Shown in pieces: positions 30,277 through 47,595 of a DNA stretch of 64,000 nucleotides (position 1 is the stretch's first letter; every line of letters starts with the position of its first letter). A program made the position numbers and the translations under genes. The DNA is from the human T2T-CHM13v2.0 reference genome, Homo sapiens. The notes beneath the pieces were generated by a model. It had not been told where the DNA came from and made no database searches. It saw only the letters and a list, made by a program, of their open reading frames with translations. Location of the stretch: the NCBI RefSeq assembly GCF_009914755.1, contig NC_060935.1. One strand, given 5' to 3'.

Positions 30277-31203
30277 TTAATATTAATATTGGGGTTCTAT
30301 GGGACAATGTAAAATGCCACTCAAAATAGTAAAATAGCTTCCTTCCTATTTGCACTATTAGTCTAATGCAGATACACTGTAAATATAGAAAAAAGGTAAT
30401 AGGCATTACATATTATATTATTATAGAGTCCTTATATACTATAATAGAGAATGAATTTTTCTTATTTTACAGTTTTATACTAGCACAGCACATAACCACA
30501 CCCATGGATATTAAGGTATTTTTGTACATGTATATGATTTTCTCTGATGTTCTGGAACTTGACAGTATTTCAAATAAAGCAATGAAACCCCCCCTGGAAA
30601 GGACTGATTGATGGCTTTCTCATCCAACCCGGCCACCCTTCCCACTTCACTCAACCACTGTCCTGTTTTCTGCTCCAGGCTGAAAAGTAACCTCATTATC
30701 TCTTAAAAGGTCAGCCCAAAGAAGATTTGAACTCTGTCTGAAAACCTGGGAGTTCTATTTCTTCACTGAGGCAGGAAGGTAAATATTAGAATTCATCAAG
30801 TCTTCTTTTTCTAATTCTTATTGGGCTGGAATAAATGAAAACCTGGCTTGTACCAACAAAGTGCTTAAGTAAGTAGAGAAGACATATCAATGTGATTTTT
30901 AAAGAATTATGACAGAAAATCCCCAGTGACTAGCAGAAGTTGAATGTACTTTCTTTCTCCCCACTGTCTCGATGGTTTCTGATCTTTTTGAAAAATCTTC
31001 ACTGTAACTGTCTTGTGTGTGCATTTGTGGTAAGCCAAAATCATAATTGGAAATGGGTCAGATATAACTTGTAAATGTATATTGGTAGATAAACAGTCCA
31101 CTCTAGAGAATACCTTCAATTTCATTACTTTGCCATAATCTCCAAGGTCAATTCAATCCTAAGTAATTTCAGTTGTGTGTGTGTTTAACAGCATTCACTA
31201 GAC

Positions 31204-31459
31204 CAAGGCTCCTCAACCTCAGCACTATTGACATTTTGGGCCACGTAATTTTTTTGTTGTAGGGGGCATTGTAGGACTTTTAGCAGCATCCTTGGCCTCT
31301 AGAGGCCAGTAGCAGCTCCCCAACAGTTGTGACAACCAAAAGTATCTCCAGGCATTGCCAAATATCCGGTGTGTACAGGGTGAGGGTGGAGTCCAGTGGG
31401 AGGAGTGTAAAACTGCACTGGGGTTGGGTTCGTTGGGAGGGGATGGTTGAGAACCACAG
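31204..31459 (+). mobile_element. MER20 hAT-Charlie element
   Basis: ctcaacctcagcactattgacattttgggcc...gtgacaaccaaaa...ggttgagaaccacag; TSD cactagac/aactagac. Confidence 0.88.
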
Positions 31460-31943
31460 AACTAGACTAAACGCCATGGAGAGATTCACGTGTGCATTTG
31501 TATGTGTGTGACTCTACCCTCCAAGAAGCAGATCCTGACTCCTTTTCCAGAAGTAACTGATGCAGATTGGGGGCCTGGGCTGGACCTGTTTGTTAGGAAC
31601 TAAAATGGCTGCAATTAGAGCTATAGAAATGTCTGCCTTAAAGCTGCTGAACTGCTAAATGTATCACAGGGATATTCTTCCAAGACCAGGGATTTGAAAG
31701 AATTTTATCATCTTGTTATTTCCACCTTCAATGTCTAGTCTTTGATATCTATTATCAACATAAATAAATTACACTGTGGGCCTGAGCAATGGTGTTATCT
31801 AGTGTAAGGTGTTACCAGATTTGGAGGCTGAGAAACTGCGAGTGAGTCTGGGTTCTGCAAATATCCAACTAAACACTTTATCTTTCTGGACCTATTTCCT
31901 CCCCCAAAATGGGGAAAATAATAATACTTAATCGACTGGATTG

Positions 31944-32475
<532 letters not shown>

Positions 32476-33274
32476 TACTTTGGTTCCTTGGTAATTTGTA
32501 TCACATTGCACAATTACGTATTTTATTTTTATTGTTTCTTTTCTGTGAGCATTGAAACCTGGAAACCTGAAAAACTAATTAGTATACCCATATGAGTGAA
32601 ACCCTGTTTGAAATATATTACATCCCAAATTCCAACCAAGTGAAAGCAGCTTTAAACTGTAGTATATAAAACCTTCTGTCTTCCAAGTGAAATCAGTTAG
32701 GGCACACGTTTCTTACAATAACATAAGGTTCTCCCCTCATTGAAATAATGTTCTAATAAGTTTTTTACAACCTCTGTATTACATAAAGCACATGGGGTCA
32801 GACGTAGCATGCCCAGCTAGCAGTTTGTCCAGTCATAAACATTTAAATATGACTAGGTGTTATCCCAAAATTCACCTTTCCGCAAAGCACTGGCAAATTG
32901 CATTGCAGTCCTAAAACTGAGTGCAGGTGGTGAGATACTCAGGGATCTGACAGTATCTTTTACATAAACTCTTTAATTGAAGTATAACATTCATAAAGAG
33001 AAGTGAACAAATCACAAGTACATTTTCGTAAATTTTCACAAAGTTAACACACCTATACAGAGGTGTTTTCGAAGGTTAGAGAATTCTGTAATAAACGTGT
33101 TTTATCATTGGGGCGCGGGGATAGAAAGGGGCATCACGAATCTGAAAGAACACAGTGGAGATTTCCCAGACAAGATAGTAATTGCCTTTGATATGCAAAT
33201 GTGATTTTGAATTATCAAATGGAGATATTGCAAAATGATAAATTGGAATCAGATTGCCAATGCAAAAGTTATAT

Positions 33275-33430
33275 CACCATTTGCCACTTGATGTATGATC
33301 TTGGACAATTTACTTCAAGTGCCTCAGTCTTCTCATTTGTTAAATGGGGAGAATAATAGGACTGTTGTTTGGATTAAGCAAAATAACATGTGTAAAGGTT
33401 TGGGTGAGTCTGGCACGTAAGCTCTCAATA
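33275..33430 (+). mobile_element. MIR
   Basis: gcctcagtcttctcatttgttaaatgggga...ctggcacgtaagctctcaata. Confidence 0.75.
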
Positions 33431-35039
33431 GAAGTAAATCATTTTCCATATAGTATGATGCCCCAAGGGATGAGAGAAAAGAAGTTATGGACATCTCAAG
33501 AATTATTTTAGGGGAAAAAAAAAAAGGAAATTTTGCACAGCAAGGGAGCTGCATCAGAATAGCTAAGGGATGCTGCCACAGAGCCCCAGGACTCACACCA
33601 GCAAGGAGGGTATGTCTGTGGGAAAGCCTACAGAATGAGAGAAAGCAGGGTATCTGGGGGCAGCAGGCAGGGTGATGAACCAAAAAGCTGTGAAGATAGC
33701 TCGGTTCTGAACAGAAAGCCACAGGAGTATGCCTAGCATCCAAACAGGACATGACCTGATTTTTTTTTTTAGAGACCAGAGTAAGGTCTAAGAGTGATTG
33801 CTTGTTTGATGTGGGTCTATAGAGAGGAACGAGAGAAACTGCAGCCACAGGAATCATAATCCCAGAGGCCAGAGTCTTGAAAGGCCTGTGCACTAAAGGA
33901 GGAGGACTCGTTTAGGGCTTTATCCAAGGCCAAGTGACCGGAGCACCTTATAGCTTATGAATGACCTCAAATGTGTATCTTTAGGCCCGGCATTCCCTCA
34001 CACTGCGATAAGATGTAAGTGCGCATTTGAGTCAACCTGAATACTGAATGAGAGAAAGAGATACTACAGTACCGAAGGGGAAAAGAATGGGGCAGACTGG
34101 GTCTCGGAACCGAGACCTGACAGAGGAGTCTCCCCCTTTGGATGATGGCAACAGGGAGTTCCCCCAAATCCAGCCAGTAACCTGATTTGTTACAGCTGGA
34201 CCTTTGGGTCTCTCATTTCTTTTTGACTGTCTCAATCCTGTAAATGGCTTCTCATCTTTGAAAGGAGGCGATTTAGTTTCTCATTCCTTGATTGGTTGCA
34301 GGAGATCTATCAGCATACACAATCCAGGAGGACAATTATGGTGAAAAAATGTGACCCAGTGTTCTTACTTTCATGAAACTTCTCTTGCTGATGGGTAAAG
34401 GATAGGAACTAAGCAAACCGGGGATGGCTAATCTGTGGGTTTCCCAGGGCCTAAACTTGACCTCAGAATCCTTCTCAACACAGTGCATCAGGCAGTCATT
34501 AGCAACTGTTTGGAGCTTGCCCAAGATACAAATCTATTTTGGCATACCTGGACTCAGCCCTGATGTCTTGCTATAATTAATGCACCTTTCCTATCCACTT
34601 CTCCCAAGCCCAATGTAAAGGGTGTCAGACAGGAAATTATGCCCAGCTTCAGCCCTGCATATTTAAATTAAGCCCTGGATAGGTAACAATTGCCTATTTA
34701 GGGAACTGTTCTCATATTTCTGAGTTTATAACTGATTTATGACCTATAAATAGTCACATCAACCTCACTGCTGAATAATTTACATACTGAGGTCGTGCTC
34801 TTTGAATGAACCTGACACCCATTTGTGTTAAGCCAACCAGCTGTGAGCATTCAAGCTAGAACACATGGAGAACCGCACCCCAAAGCAGTGGGAATGGAGA
34901 AGCAGAGGGCTTAGATTTTATTCTCTCATTTTAAGTCCAGCCAATTACTTTCTTTTTAGCCCCATTTTCTTTCTCTCTAAAATAGGATTTTATTTCCTCG
35001 TAAGCGGCAATGTTAGGAGAACAATTTAAATAACAAATG

Positions 35040-35375
<336 letters not shown>

Positions 35376-36455
35376 TCAAAACCTTAAGACAAAAAGCATC
35401 ATTTCTGTAGCTGTATCCTTCTTTGATGAAAGCCTTATTATCCTAGCGCTAAACAGAGGTTGATAATTTGTGTTTTACACTTCATTATGCAAAAAAAACC
35501 CCACATTTCTTCAGCACTATAATGTTGATGAGATGGGAGGGGTACAGTCCACATTGTTCCAGCCTGTAAAATGGACATGCCATACCATTCATTTCCCTCT
35601 CCTTGCTTACAGAGAACTGATGAGATAGAAGTTGCAGATGACCAAGTTTACTGAAAATGGGTGCTGTGAGTGAAAGAAAGAGGAATGGATTAAATTTAAA
35701 ATGACACTACTTCAGCCATCTCAGCATCTGGGTTGGTGGACAAAACTAGAGGTAATAGTAGGTTGGGGGCTTGGGTCTAAGAATTGCATTGGTGGATATG
35801 GAGATGACACAGAGAAGAAGGGACCTGAAACATTATGTTCTAACCTAGTGAGAGTCAGAATTTAAAAACAAGAAGCATATTCCAATAGCCACTTGGGGAG
35901 TTTTGACTCCCTGAAGGTACAGGTATTATGAGTTTCAGAGCCACAAACACTTTATTTTAATACTAGTTCCTCAATTAGCATAAGTATAAACATTATTTTT
36001 CCAAGTACATTGAGTTGTCACTGTTCATCTAATAGAAAAGAAAAACTCATTCCAATTCCAATCTGGGTGAATATTATATTTCCTTTGATAAACGTCAGTG
36101 GGTTGATGGGAACGGATTCATTTCAAGTGGAAACGCTCAGACCTAAGTTTTGTGACTAACTGTGCCTAAAGACAGCTCATTTCATACTGGAGTGTCCTTG
36201 CCTCAGCAGCTTAGGCAAAACCAAAAAGATCACAGAGCAAAACCAACGGAGAGTATGACAACATTAACACAGAAATTTTATGTTCACATGTTATTGGAAC
36301 CTAATTCAATTTACAAAAATGTTGTTTTAAAGAAACGTGTTTTGTCCTGAGTAATTATGAATAACCAGAAAAATCAAACAAATAAAATATGACAGTAGCC
36401 AATACAAGTGGGCCCTGTTTCCAGTTTTTAAAAATGAACTCTTGAAATGAAGGTG

Positions 36456-36762
<307 letters not shown>

Positions 36763-37169
36763 AAATGAAGGTGTGTTCAGATCTAATATTTTCCATTAAA
36801 GTTTTTATTTTTTATTTTACCAAACGTATAATTTCAGGGAAATTGGATCTTCATTGCTGATTGGATTTCATGGAAATAGCTCCCAAAGCTATAAATTTAA
36901 GTTTCTCTGTTTTCTCAGGTGCATTTAGCTTTTTGACACATCAGGGTGTCTTAAATTTCTGTGCTCCGGGAATCCAGGTCCCAGTTCTGCTATTAGCTAC
37001 TTGTGCACTTGAAAAAGTCACTGACTTAACAGGCTTCCGTTTTTTCATCTTAAAATATCTGTATCTTATCACACCAGGATAGTTGATTTGAAGTAGGAAT
37101 CCCTAACATTTTCCTAATAAGTATTTTTTTTCTCATGACGGCTTATTGTTAATTATTAATGGTAAAAAT

Positions 37170-37340
37170 AACAACTGCCATTTACTAAGCATTCTGGGCC
37201 AGATGTTTTGTACATATTTAAAATTTTATAGATAAGAAAACTGAGGCACCGAGGGGTTAAGTAAATTGCCTAAGGTCACATAAATAGTACATGGCAAAAC
37301 TGGGATGCCTGCCCACAGCTACTTAGATTCAGCTTCTGCT
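37170..37340 (-). mobile_element. MIR
   Basis: ttttatagataagaaaactgaggcac...gcctaaggtcacat. Confidence 0.75.
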
Positions 37341-37586
37341 TTCTAATGGGAATTCCCATGAGCCACAAGGAAGGAAGTGTGGGGTAGCACTACGTTGAGA
37401 TGAACCAGGCAAGGCCTTGAGGAGAATGGATGGATCCTGAGACAAAGGTCTCCAAAGAAGAGCAACTCATTTTCTCTTTGGCAAAAAAAGAAGTCAGTCT
37501 TCATCCTATATAACAAGATGTGTGGTATGATGGAAAATGTGAGTTTTGGAGTTGGAAAGGCCTGGGTTAGAATCTTCACTAAGTTT

Positions 37587-37949
<363 letters not shown>

Positions 37950-39429
37950 TTAGCCTCATATGTCTTATCTAGGAAATAGGATGGGATAGGATGTGAAATG
38001 AGAATAGGATAATAATATTGGCAGAGCTATTTTGGTGGGTAGAAATAATTCGTGCAAAGTGTCTTGAAGGCACATGAAGGCATACAGTACATGGCAGGCA
38101 AAATATCAAATCCTTCTGTAAGTGCTTTCCTAAAGTATGTTGTTAATAGGCATTAGGTAATAAAAAGAGAAAGGATGAAAGAAGTTTTAAGGGCGGGGAT
38201 AGTTTGGCAGTCAAGTAAATCTGGGAGATACTGCTAAGCAAAGTTAAACTCCTTTACTGCAGGGCTTCTCAGAGCCTTTAAATTGCAAAGATGCAATAGG
38301 AATCTCCAAGAGGAAGCTTTTTCTCAATTTATTTTGAGTCTCAATTTATTTTGACCCATTTTAATGGTGTCTCTTACAGGACTGGCGTTTCTGGGGGCAC
38401 GTGTCAGGAAGCACTGATCTGGTGACTTTTGGAGGAAAAAGCTGGCTTATTCGGGTCCAGTCATCATGGTCCATTTACTGTTTTGTAGTACCTCCAGAAT
38501 TGTCTCTCTTTTCTATCTATTTCTCCCAAAAATAGGATTTCTCCTCTTTACAAATGTCACAGAAGGAAGCTCTAAAGAGTGATTTCCAGCATCCATACAA
38601 GTGAAAAGTTCAGCTCCCAAGAGGAGCAGACAACGTCCGCAAAGCAAACCAAGCAAGACCCATGGGGCCAAGGCATTAAGTGGTTTCTCAGGGTGGTGGA
38701 ATGTGGCTGCTTCCCTGCTTCTCCCAGAGAAGCTTTAAATGTGTAGGTAACTTCCCAGACCACCAGAAGGCACCAACATGGGAAAAACAGATCCAGTCAC
38801 TGGCCCAGAGAGTCAGAAATCAGCCCATCCAGGTGACCCCGCTTAGGCTCCTGTTCATGCACTTGTCAAAGGCCAGCCCAGCCCAAGGAGGGGGAAAGAA
38901 TTAGACAGAGGATCAGCTTTTTATTTTCATGTACAAAGCACTTGCCCTCGGGTTATAAATGTTATTGCATTTGTGTAGCACTTTACTGCTGCCCTCAGCT
39001 TGCAAGCATCACAGGATCCCAGTGGCAGTACTTTCTTAACCCTTGATCAATAGCTTATTTCTATCGCCTTCAGTCCCAGCTGCCAATCCGTTCTGTAAAA
39101 TGTGGGAGGCAGACTTCGCTGCTCTCCAGCTGTACATGTTATGAATGTAAACGGTGCAAGTAACATATGTATTATACGTATGTGTGTGTGTGTACTGAGT
39201 GGGGGACATGAGATTTTTGAACAAGGAGTAACAAAAATGGGACCCTTGTTCTGGGAGACTCCCATACAGCTGGGAGTTTTCTTTCTAGTTTCTCCTTTTC
39301 TCTCTTTCTCTCTCTCTGAAACGATGTGCTTGGTATTCTGTCATGTGGCAGGAGAAATTCTCTCTTAAGTTTCTGTGTTTTTATTTGATATATATTTGGG
39401 GGAAGGGGTGAAAAGTGGACAGAAAGATC

Positions 39430-39550
39430 TAAGTTCCAAGAAAGAAAGGGTCATGTCCATCTTATTTATCACCCCTGTAGTCCCAGCACCTACACTGAGC
39501 CTAGCACAAAACAGGTGCTCAGGAAGTATTTGTTGACTAAATGAATGAAT
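39430..39550 (+). mobile_element. L2 3' end
   Basis: cccagcacctacac...aggtgctcaggaagtatttgttgactaaatgaatgaat. Confidence 0.8.
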
Positions 39551-39658
39551 TCAGGAATGGGAGGATAAGAGGGCCCCAGAGCAATCCTCTGGAGCTGCCT
39601 GAGCAAAGAGGCAAAGGCCTTGTCTTGCTGGCAGCAAGGGGGACCACAAAAGGTTTAA

Positions 39659-39973
<315 letters not shown>

Positions 39974-40507
39974 AGCATTCTACTTTATTTAAGGTTCACT
40001 CTAGGCACCTTGGGAACCACAGAGAAATGAGATCATAAGCATAACCAGCTACTACTGTTCCAGTTTACCAGGGAGCAGAGTCAGCCAAGAAACCACTTGG
40101 GGACAAATTCCTCATCTCACCTTCTTTCCCTCACCTCTGAAGCTAGTTTTAAGACAAACGCACCCTAGGAGACACTTTGAAGGATGAAGGAGGATCCCAA
40201 AGCTCCGTGACATCCTCCAGCTCCAGGAAGATGACTCCATCTCGCGGTAAGGCAGCCGGGACTGCCCTTGTCTGAACCTATGTCCTTGAGGCTCAGCCAA
40301 ACCTCTCCTTCTGTGGCAGAGGGATGTTTAGGTGACATTCTTCTCCCTGCCACTCAGCATCTTTTAAACAATCTTCCTCCACCTTGGGAGAATATGCATG
40401 AACTCACTGCAGTCTGGGACCACGGAAGCTGAAAATTGTCTTTCTCCCTGGGAGGGGAATTGGTCACAAAGGGAAAAACCGACCTCCCCTGAAAAATAAG
40501 AATCTGG

Positions 40508-40798
40508 GGCCAGGCGCGGTGGCTCACACCTGTAATCCCAGCACTTTGGGAGGCCGAGGCGGGCGGATCACCTGAGGTCAGGAGTTCAGGACTAGCTTAG
40601 CCAACATGGTGAAACCCCATCTCTACTAAAAATACAAACTTAGCCAGGCATGGTGGCACATGCCTGTAATCCCAGCTACTCAGGAGGCTGAGGCAGGAGA
40701 ATCGCTTGAACTCAGGAGGCAGAGGTTTCAGTGAGCCGAAATCGCACCACTGCATTCCAGCCTGGGCAACAGAACAAGACTTCGTCTCCATAAAAAAA
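40508..40798 (+). mobile_element. Alu (Sx-like)
   Basis: Full dimer; TSD aagaatctggg. Confidence 0.95.
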
Positions 40799-41919
40799 GA
40801 ATCTGGGATGACTGCAGGTTCTTTCAGGCAAAGTTCTTTTGCTTGCCATGGTAGAAATCCACGTCAAGTGGAATTAGTGAAGGAGGGACCTCGTTGGAAG
40901 TATATCAGGTACGTTGCAGGGCAGGGGCAGTTGGCTCAGAAGGACCGGGTACCAAACCCTGGAAGATGGACTCCCCAGGAATCCTCAGAAGCAGCAACAC
41001 CCCACGTTTGGCTGCTGTCAGCTGCACTTAAGTTTCCTCAGCCTGCTCGCCCCAGCCTCGGGGGCCTGTGGTGGGAGGGGAGGAGGTTGGCACAGCCCCT
41101 TGGCTCTGCAGCACACTGCCTGTAGTGCACCATGAATTAATATTTTTAATAAATCCTGTAATTATCTTGTGAACAGAACATTTTTGTGGCACTGTGTTTT
41201 TCGGTGTTAAAAGCATTAATTTATTCAATATAAACATTAAAACTATACCGTCGTTTTTGTAACCTTGTTTCTTTATTTCTTCATGGAAAGTGGGCTCTAA
41301 GGCCCCAACTAAGAGGTGCGCTTGGCTTTGTGTAGCCACCCCAAGTGGCCAGCCAGACTGCGGCCAGCTTTCAGACCCGGGTTGGAATGTCTAGGAGTGA
41401 CACTCTGACTTGCTCAGCTTAGGAGGAGGTTCACCCAGCACAGCTAACTGTTAGACCGCAAGCTCCCTTTTCCACGCAAGGGAAAAGGAGTCATTATGAG
41501 CTCGGCAGACACCCACAATGTGTCTACAAGATTATCCTCTTTCTGGACTCACCCTGTACAGAATCTCAAATACACAGGTCTCCAACAAGCTGAGCAGAGG
41601 ACTCCCAGGACTATGGAATCTCAGGGGAGCTCACCTTGCAGCTAAACTTTCCTAAGTGTGTACGACCCTGCTTCCTCCCAATTCTTGTCTCTCTAGTACA
41701 TCGCTGTTTTCTCTTGATCCTGAAATTTTTTTATTTGTAATGTTCTGTTTTATCATATGTTTTGCGTTCCCTCAAGTCCTTTGTGGCAGGACAAAAGACC
41801 GAAAAGTTGAATAAATATCGGGTTTGTACTTAATGTCATCAAATCAACACACATGTTGTAGGCGTCTCAGGAGCCTAGCCAACCTCCAAAAGGGCTTGGT
41901 CCAAGTTAGACTTAATTTG

Positions 41920-42003
41920 TCCTTCCTCCTTCCCTCCCTCCCTTCCTTCTTCTCTCCCTCTTTCCCTCCCTCCCTCCCTCCTTTCTTCCCTCCTCCCCTC
42001 CCT
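41920..42003. repeat. CT-rich (CCCT/CCTT)n simple repeat
   Basis: Seen directly. Confidence 0.9.
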
Positions 42004-42537
42004 CGATTTCTCTTTGCTTCCTTTTTTTTGTTTTCTATGAGTAACTTTTTTTGTGGAAGCAATACAAATATCTTTAAAAACCTTTTTTAAACACTGAAGT
42101 ATGACCAATAAAATAAAAACGATTCAAATTCCCACCACATCCCCCCTAAGAGGTAATTACTATTAATATTTTGGTCTACAACTTTCTAGATAATTTTCAA
42201 GAAAATTAGCCTCACAGTGAAAATAACTGTATCACTAACTTATATCCTATTTTTTAACTTGGCAGTACGTTATGTTTCTTTGCACATCATTGCATTTTCT
42301 TCTGGAAACATTTTATTTTCTAAACCGGAATCAAATTTGTTTTTCTGATATATAAAATATTTAACCAATACAGAGAAATAAAGAGTCCCTCATAATCCCA
42401 CTTCCTAAAAATAGTCACTATTAATTTTTAAAATCCTTCAAGTTTTTATGTATGTGTAAACATGCATTTCTATAGACAGACTCCTAACACATTGTTGGAT
42501 AGTGTTTGGTAAACTGCTTTTTCCTTCTTAACACTAG

Positions 42538-42815
<278 letters not shown>

Positions 42816-42829
42816 AGAATGCATCATCC

Positions 42830-43810
<981 letters not shown>

Positions 43811-44179
43811 TGACGGCCTTAAACCATACAATATTAGCTGTTTAGTTAACCTGAAATTCAGAAGTAGGAGGTCACAGGATTGGTCTGGTGGTTCAGAGAT
43901 GTCATCAGTCTCTGTATGTCCTTCAGATTTGCCGTTTAGTGTGCGTTGACAGTGCCTCCCCTCAGTGAGACAAAATGCCTGCCACACCTTTGAATATGAT
44001 ATCCTCATACTCTGATTAGGAAGGATGAGGACAAAAAAAAAAGAGAGAATAAGGACAAAGAATTTTTTTTGCCATCCCCCAGATCTACTATTTTCATCAG
44101 GGAGGAAATTCTTTCCCAGAAGGTCCCAGTAGATTTTTACTTACATCTCACTGGTAACCGGTAGTGTGTGCTGAAATAA

Positions 44180-44553
<374 letters not shown>

Positions 44554-45277
44554 CCCAAATTCTTTTAAAATGTAATCCACTACTATCTCCTAGGACTTTT
44601 GAGTTTTTGTTTCTTTGTTTTATTTCCAAATCCTTAAACTATCTGGAATTTATTTAGGAGTATAGTAGGAGACAACTTTACTTTTTTTTCTAAAAGGATA
44701 TCCGATGTATGGATAACTTTTATTAAATAATCAATATTTTCCCCATCAAGTTGAAATATCATCTTCATTATTTACCAAATTCTCCTAAATTCATGGGTCT
44801 ACCTCCATGGATCTGTCTTTTCTTGCTCCAGTACCACAATGTTTTTCATCACTACAGTTTCATATCAGGTAGCACAAGTTATTCTTTCTTCGTTATTTTC
44901 TTGGCTGTTCTTTATTTGTTTATTCTTCTAGATAAACATTCGGATTAGTTTAACTAGTCCCACCCACCCACCAACGAATGTTTTCTTTAGCATTTTGATT
45001 TGACTTACTTTAAACTTATAGATTAACTTTAGAAGGCTTCACATCTTTAACAATATTTAGTCTTTCCTAGCAGGATCTTGGACTGTGCCTCTCCACTTTT
45101 CATCTTCTTTTATGCCCTTTAGCAAAGTTTTATCATTTCTTCATAAGTATCTTGCACATTTTTGTTAAGCTTATTTATTTGTATTTTATTTTTTATGCTG
45201 ATTGTAAATGGGATATCTTATACCAATAGGAAAACTCAAGAAGGATCATTTGTTCATTTCTTAAATATATTCTATTT

Positions 45278-45634
<357 letters not shown>

Positions 45635-45843
45635 TTAATTTGCTCATATTTATTTGTCATTTATTTCCAAGAAAGGTAAGGATGAAATATTTTTATCCTT
45701 TGAAGGACTTTTATAATAATGTTTGCAAAGTTTATAAATGAATCAGGGAACTTTCAGTCTTAATATTACTCTAGAAATGTATCATTCAACAAATACAGTA
45801 GCCACCAGCCATGTGTGGCAAATGAGCACTTGAAATGTGGCTA

Positions 45844-46140
45844 CAGTGGCCCACTCCTGTAATCCTAGCACTTTGGGAGGCTGAGGCGAGTGGATCCCTT
45901 GAGTCTGGGAGTTTGAAACCAGCCTGGGCAACATGGCGAAACCAGTCTCTACTAAAAGTACAAAAAATTAGCTGAGCATGGTGATGCGTGCCTCTAGTCA
46001 CAGCTACCCGTGAGGCTGAGGTGCCAGAATCACCTGAGCCTAGAAGATCCAGGCCACAGTGAGCTGTGATTACGCCACTGCACTCCAACCTGGGCGACGG
46101 AGTGAGACCCTGTATAAAAAAGAAGAAGAAGGAGAAGGAG
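45844..46140 (+). mobile_element. AluJ
   Basis: Dimer; TSD aatgtggcta. Confidence 0.9.
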
Positions 46141-46170
46141 GAATGTGGCTACTGCCAGTGAAGAACTAAA

Positions 46171-46499
<329 letters not shown>

Positions 46500-46839
46500 T
46501 AAACTTAAAAACTGATGTTTGACTTAGTTACTGGAAAACGTTTAAGTATTTTGGAACAATGTAGGTATGTGAATCTGCTTTTCAACTGTAAATTTACTTT
46601 ATAAAACCTAAGTCTTCAGAGATAAGTATTTCTGATGAAAATTTAGTGTCTGAATTGAGATATGCTGTAAGTATAAAATACACAGGGGTCGGAGCCGCCG
46701 GGGCGCGGGCAGCCCGGGGTGTCCACCCCCTCCTCCTGTCCTGGATGGTTAGGACGTGCTTCCCCACCTGGACCTCCTCCCACCCGCTTCACCGCCCCCG
46801 CCGGTGCTCCTGCCTTGTGAAGACGAGGCTCCTGCTCCA

Positions 46840-47595
46840 ATGGGGGCCTCACTTATTGCGGACTTAGAGCAGCTGCACCTGCCCCCGTCCCCACCCCCAC
46901 CACAGGCCCCTGCGGAGAGACCTTCAGTCCAGCCTGGGCCGGATCCCCTCTGGCCCGTGGAAAAAGAGCTGCCGCCTCCCCCAGCAGAGCCTGTTGAGAG
47001 AGAGGCGTCCACAGACATCCGTGCCTTCTGCCATAAGACTGTGTCCCCCCAGGAGCTGGCTGTGGAGGCCATGAAGAGGCAGTACCATGTCCAGTTCTTC
47101 ACGTGCCGTACCTGCCGCCGCCAGCTGGCTGGGCAGAGCTTCTATCAGAAGGATATGCGACCCCTCTGCGAACCCTGCTGCCAGGACACGCTGCAGAAGT
47201 GCAGCAAGTGTGGCGAGGTGGTCCGGGACCACATCATCAGGGCCCCGGGCCAGGCCTTCCACCCCGCCTGCTTCACGTGTGTGACCTGCGCCCGGTGCAG
47301 CGGGGATGAGAGCTTTGCCCCGGGCAGCCAGAAGGAGGTGTACTGCCTGGACGACTTCTACAGGAAATTTGCCCCCGTCTGCAGCATCTGTGAGAATCCC
47401 ATCATTCCTCGGGATGGGAAAGATGCCTTCAAAATCGAGTGCACTGGAAGAAACTTCCATGAAAATTGCTACAGGTATGAGGACTGCAGGATCCTCCTGT
47501 CTATTGAGCCCACGGACCAAGGCTGCTACCCGCTCAACAACCATCTCTTCTGCAAGGCGTGCCACCTGAAGCAGAGTGCTGCGGGGTGCTGCTGA
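46840..47595 (+). pseudogene. Residual 251-codon ATG-initiated ORF within the FBLIM1 retrocopy (MGASLIADLEQ...SAAGCC)
   Basis: ORF track 46756..47595; first in-frame ATG at 46840; no frameshift before the native stop. Translation is unproven. Confidence 0.8.

Noticed and set aside
33333-33893. 186-aa minus-strand ORF
   Set aside because: No recognisable homology or exon signals; partly overlaps a MIR.
38322-38354. 16-bp tandem duplication tctcaatttattttga
   Set aside because: Trivial microduplication.
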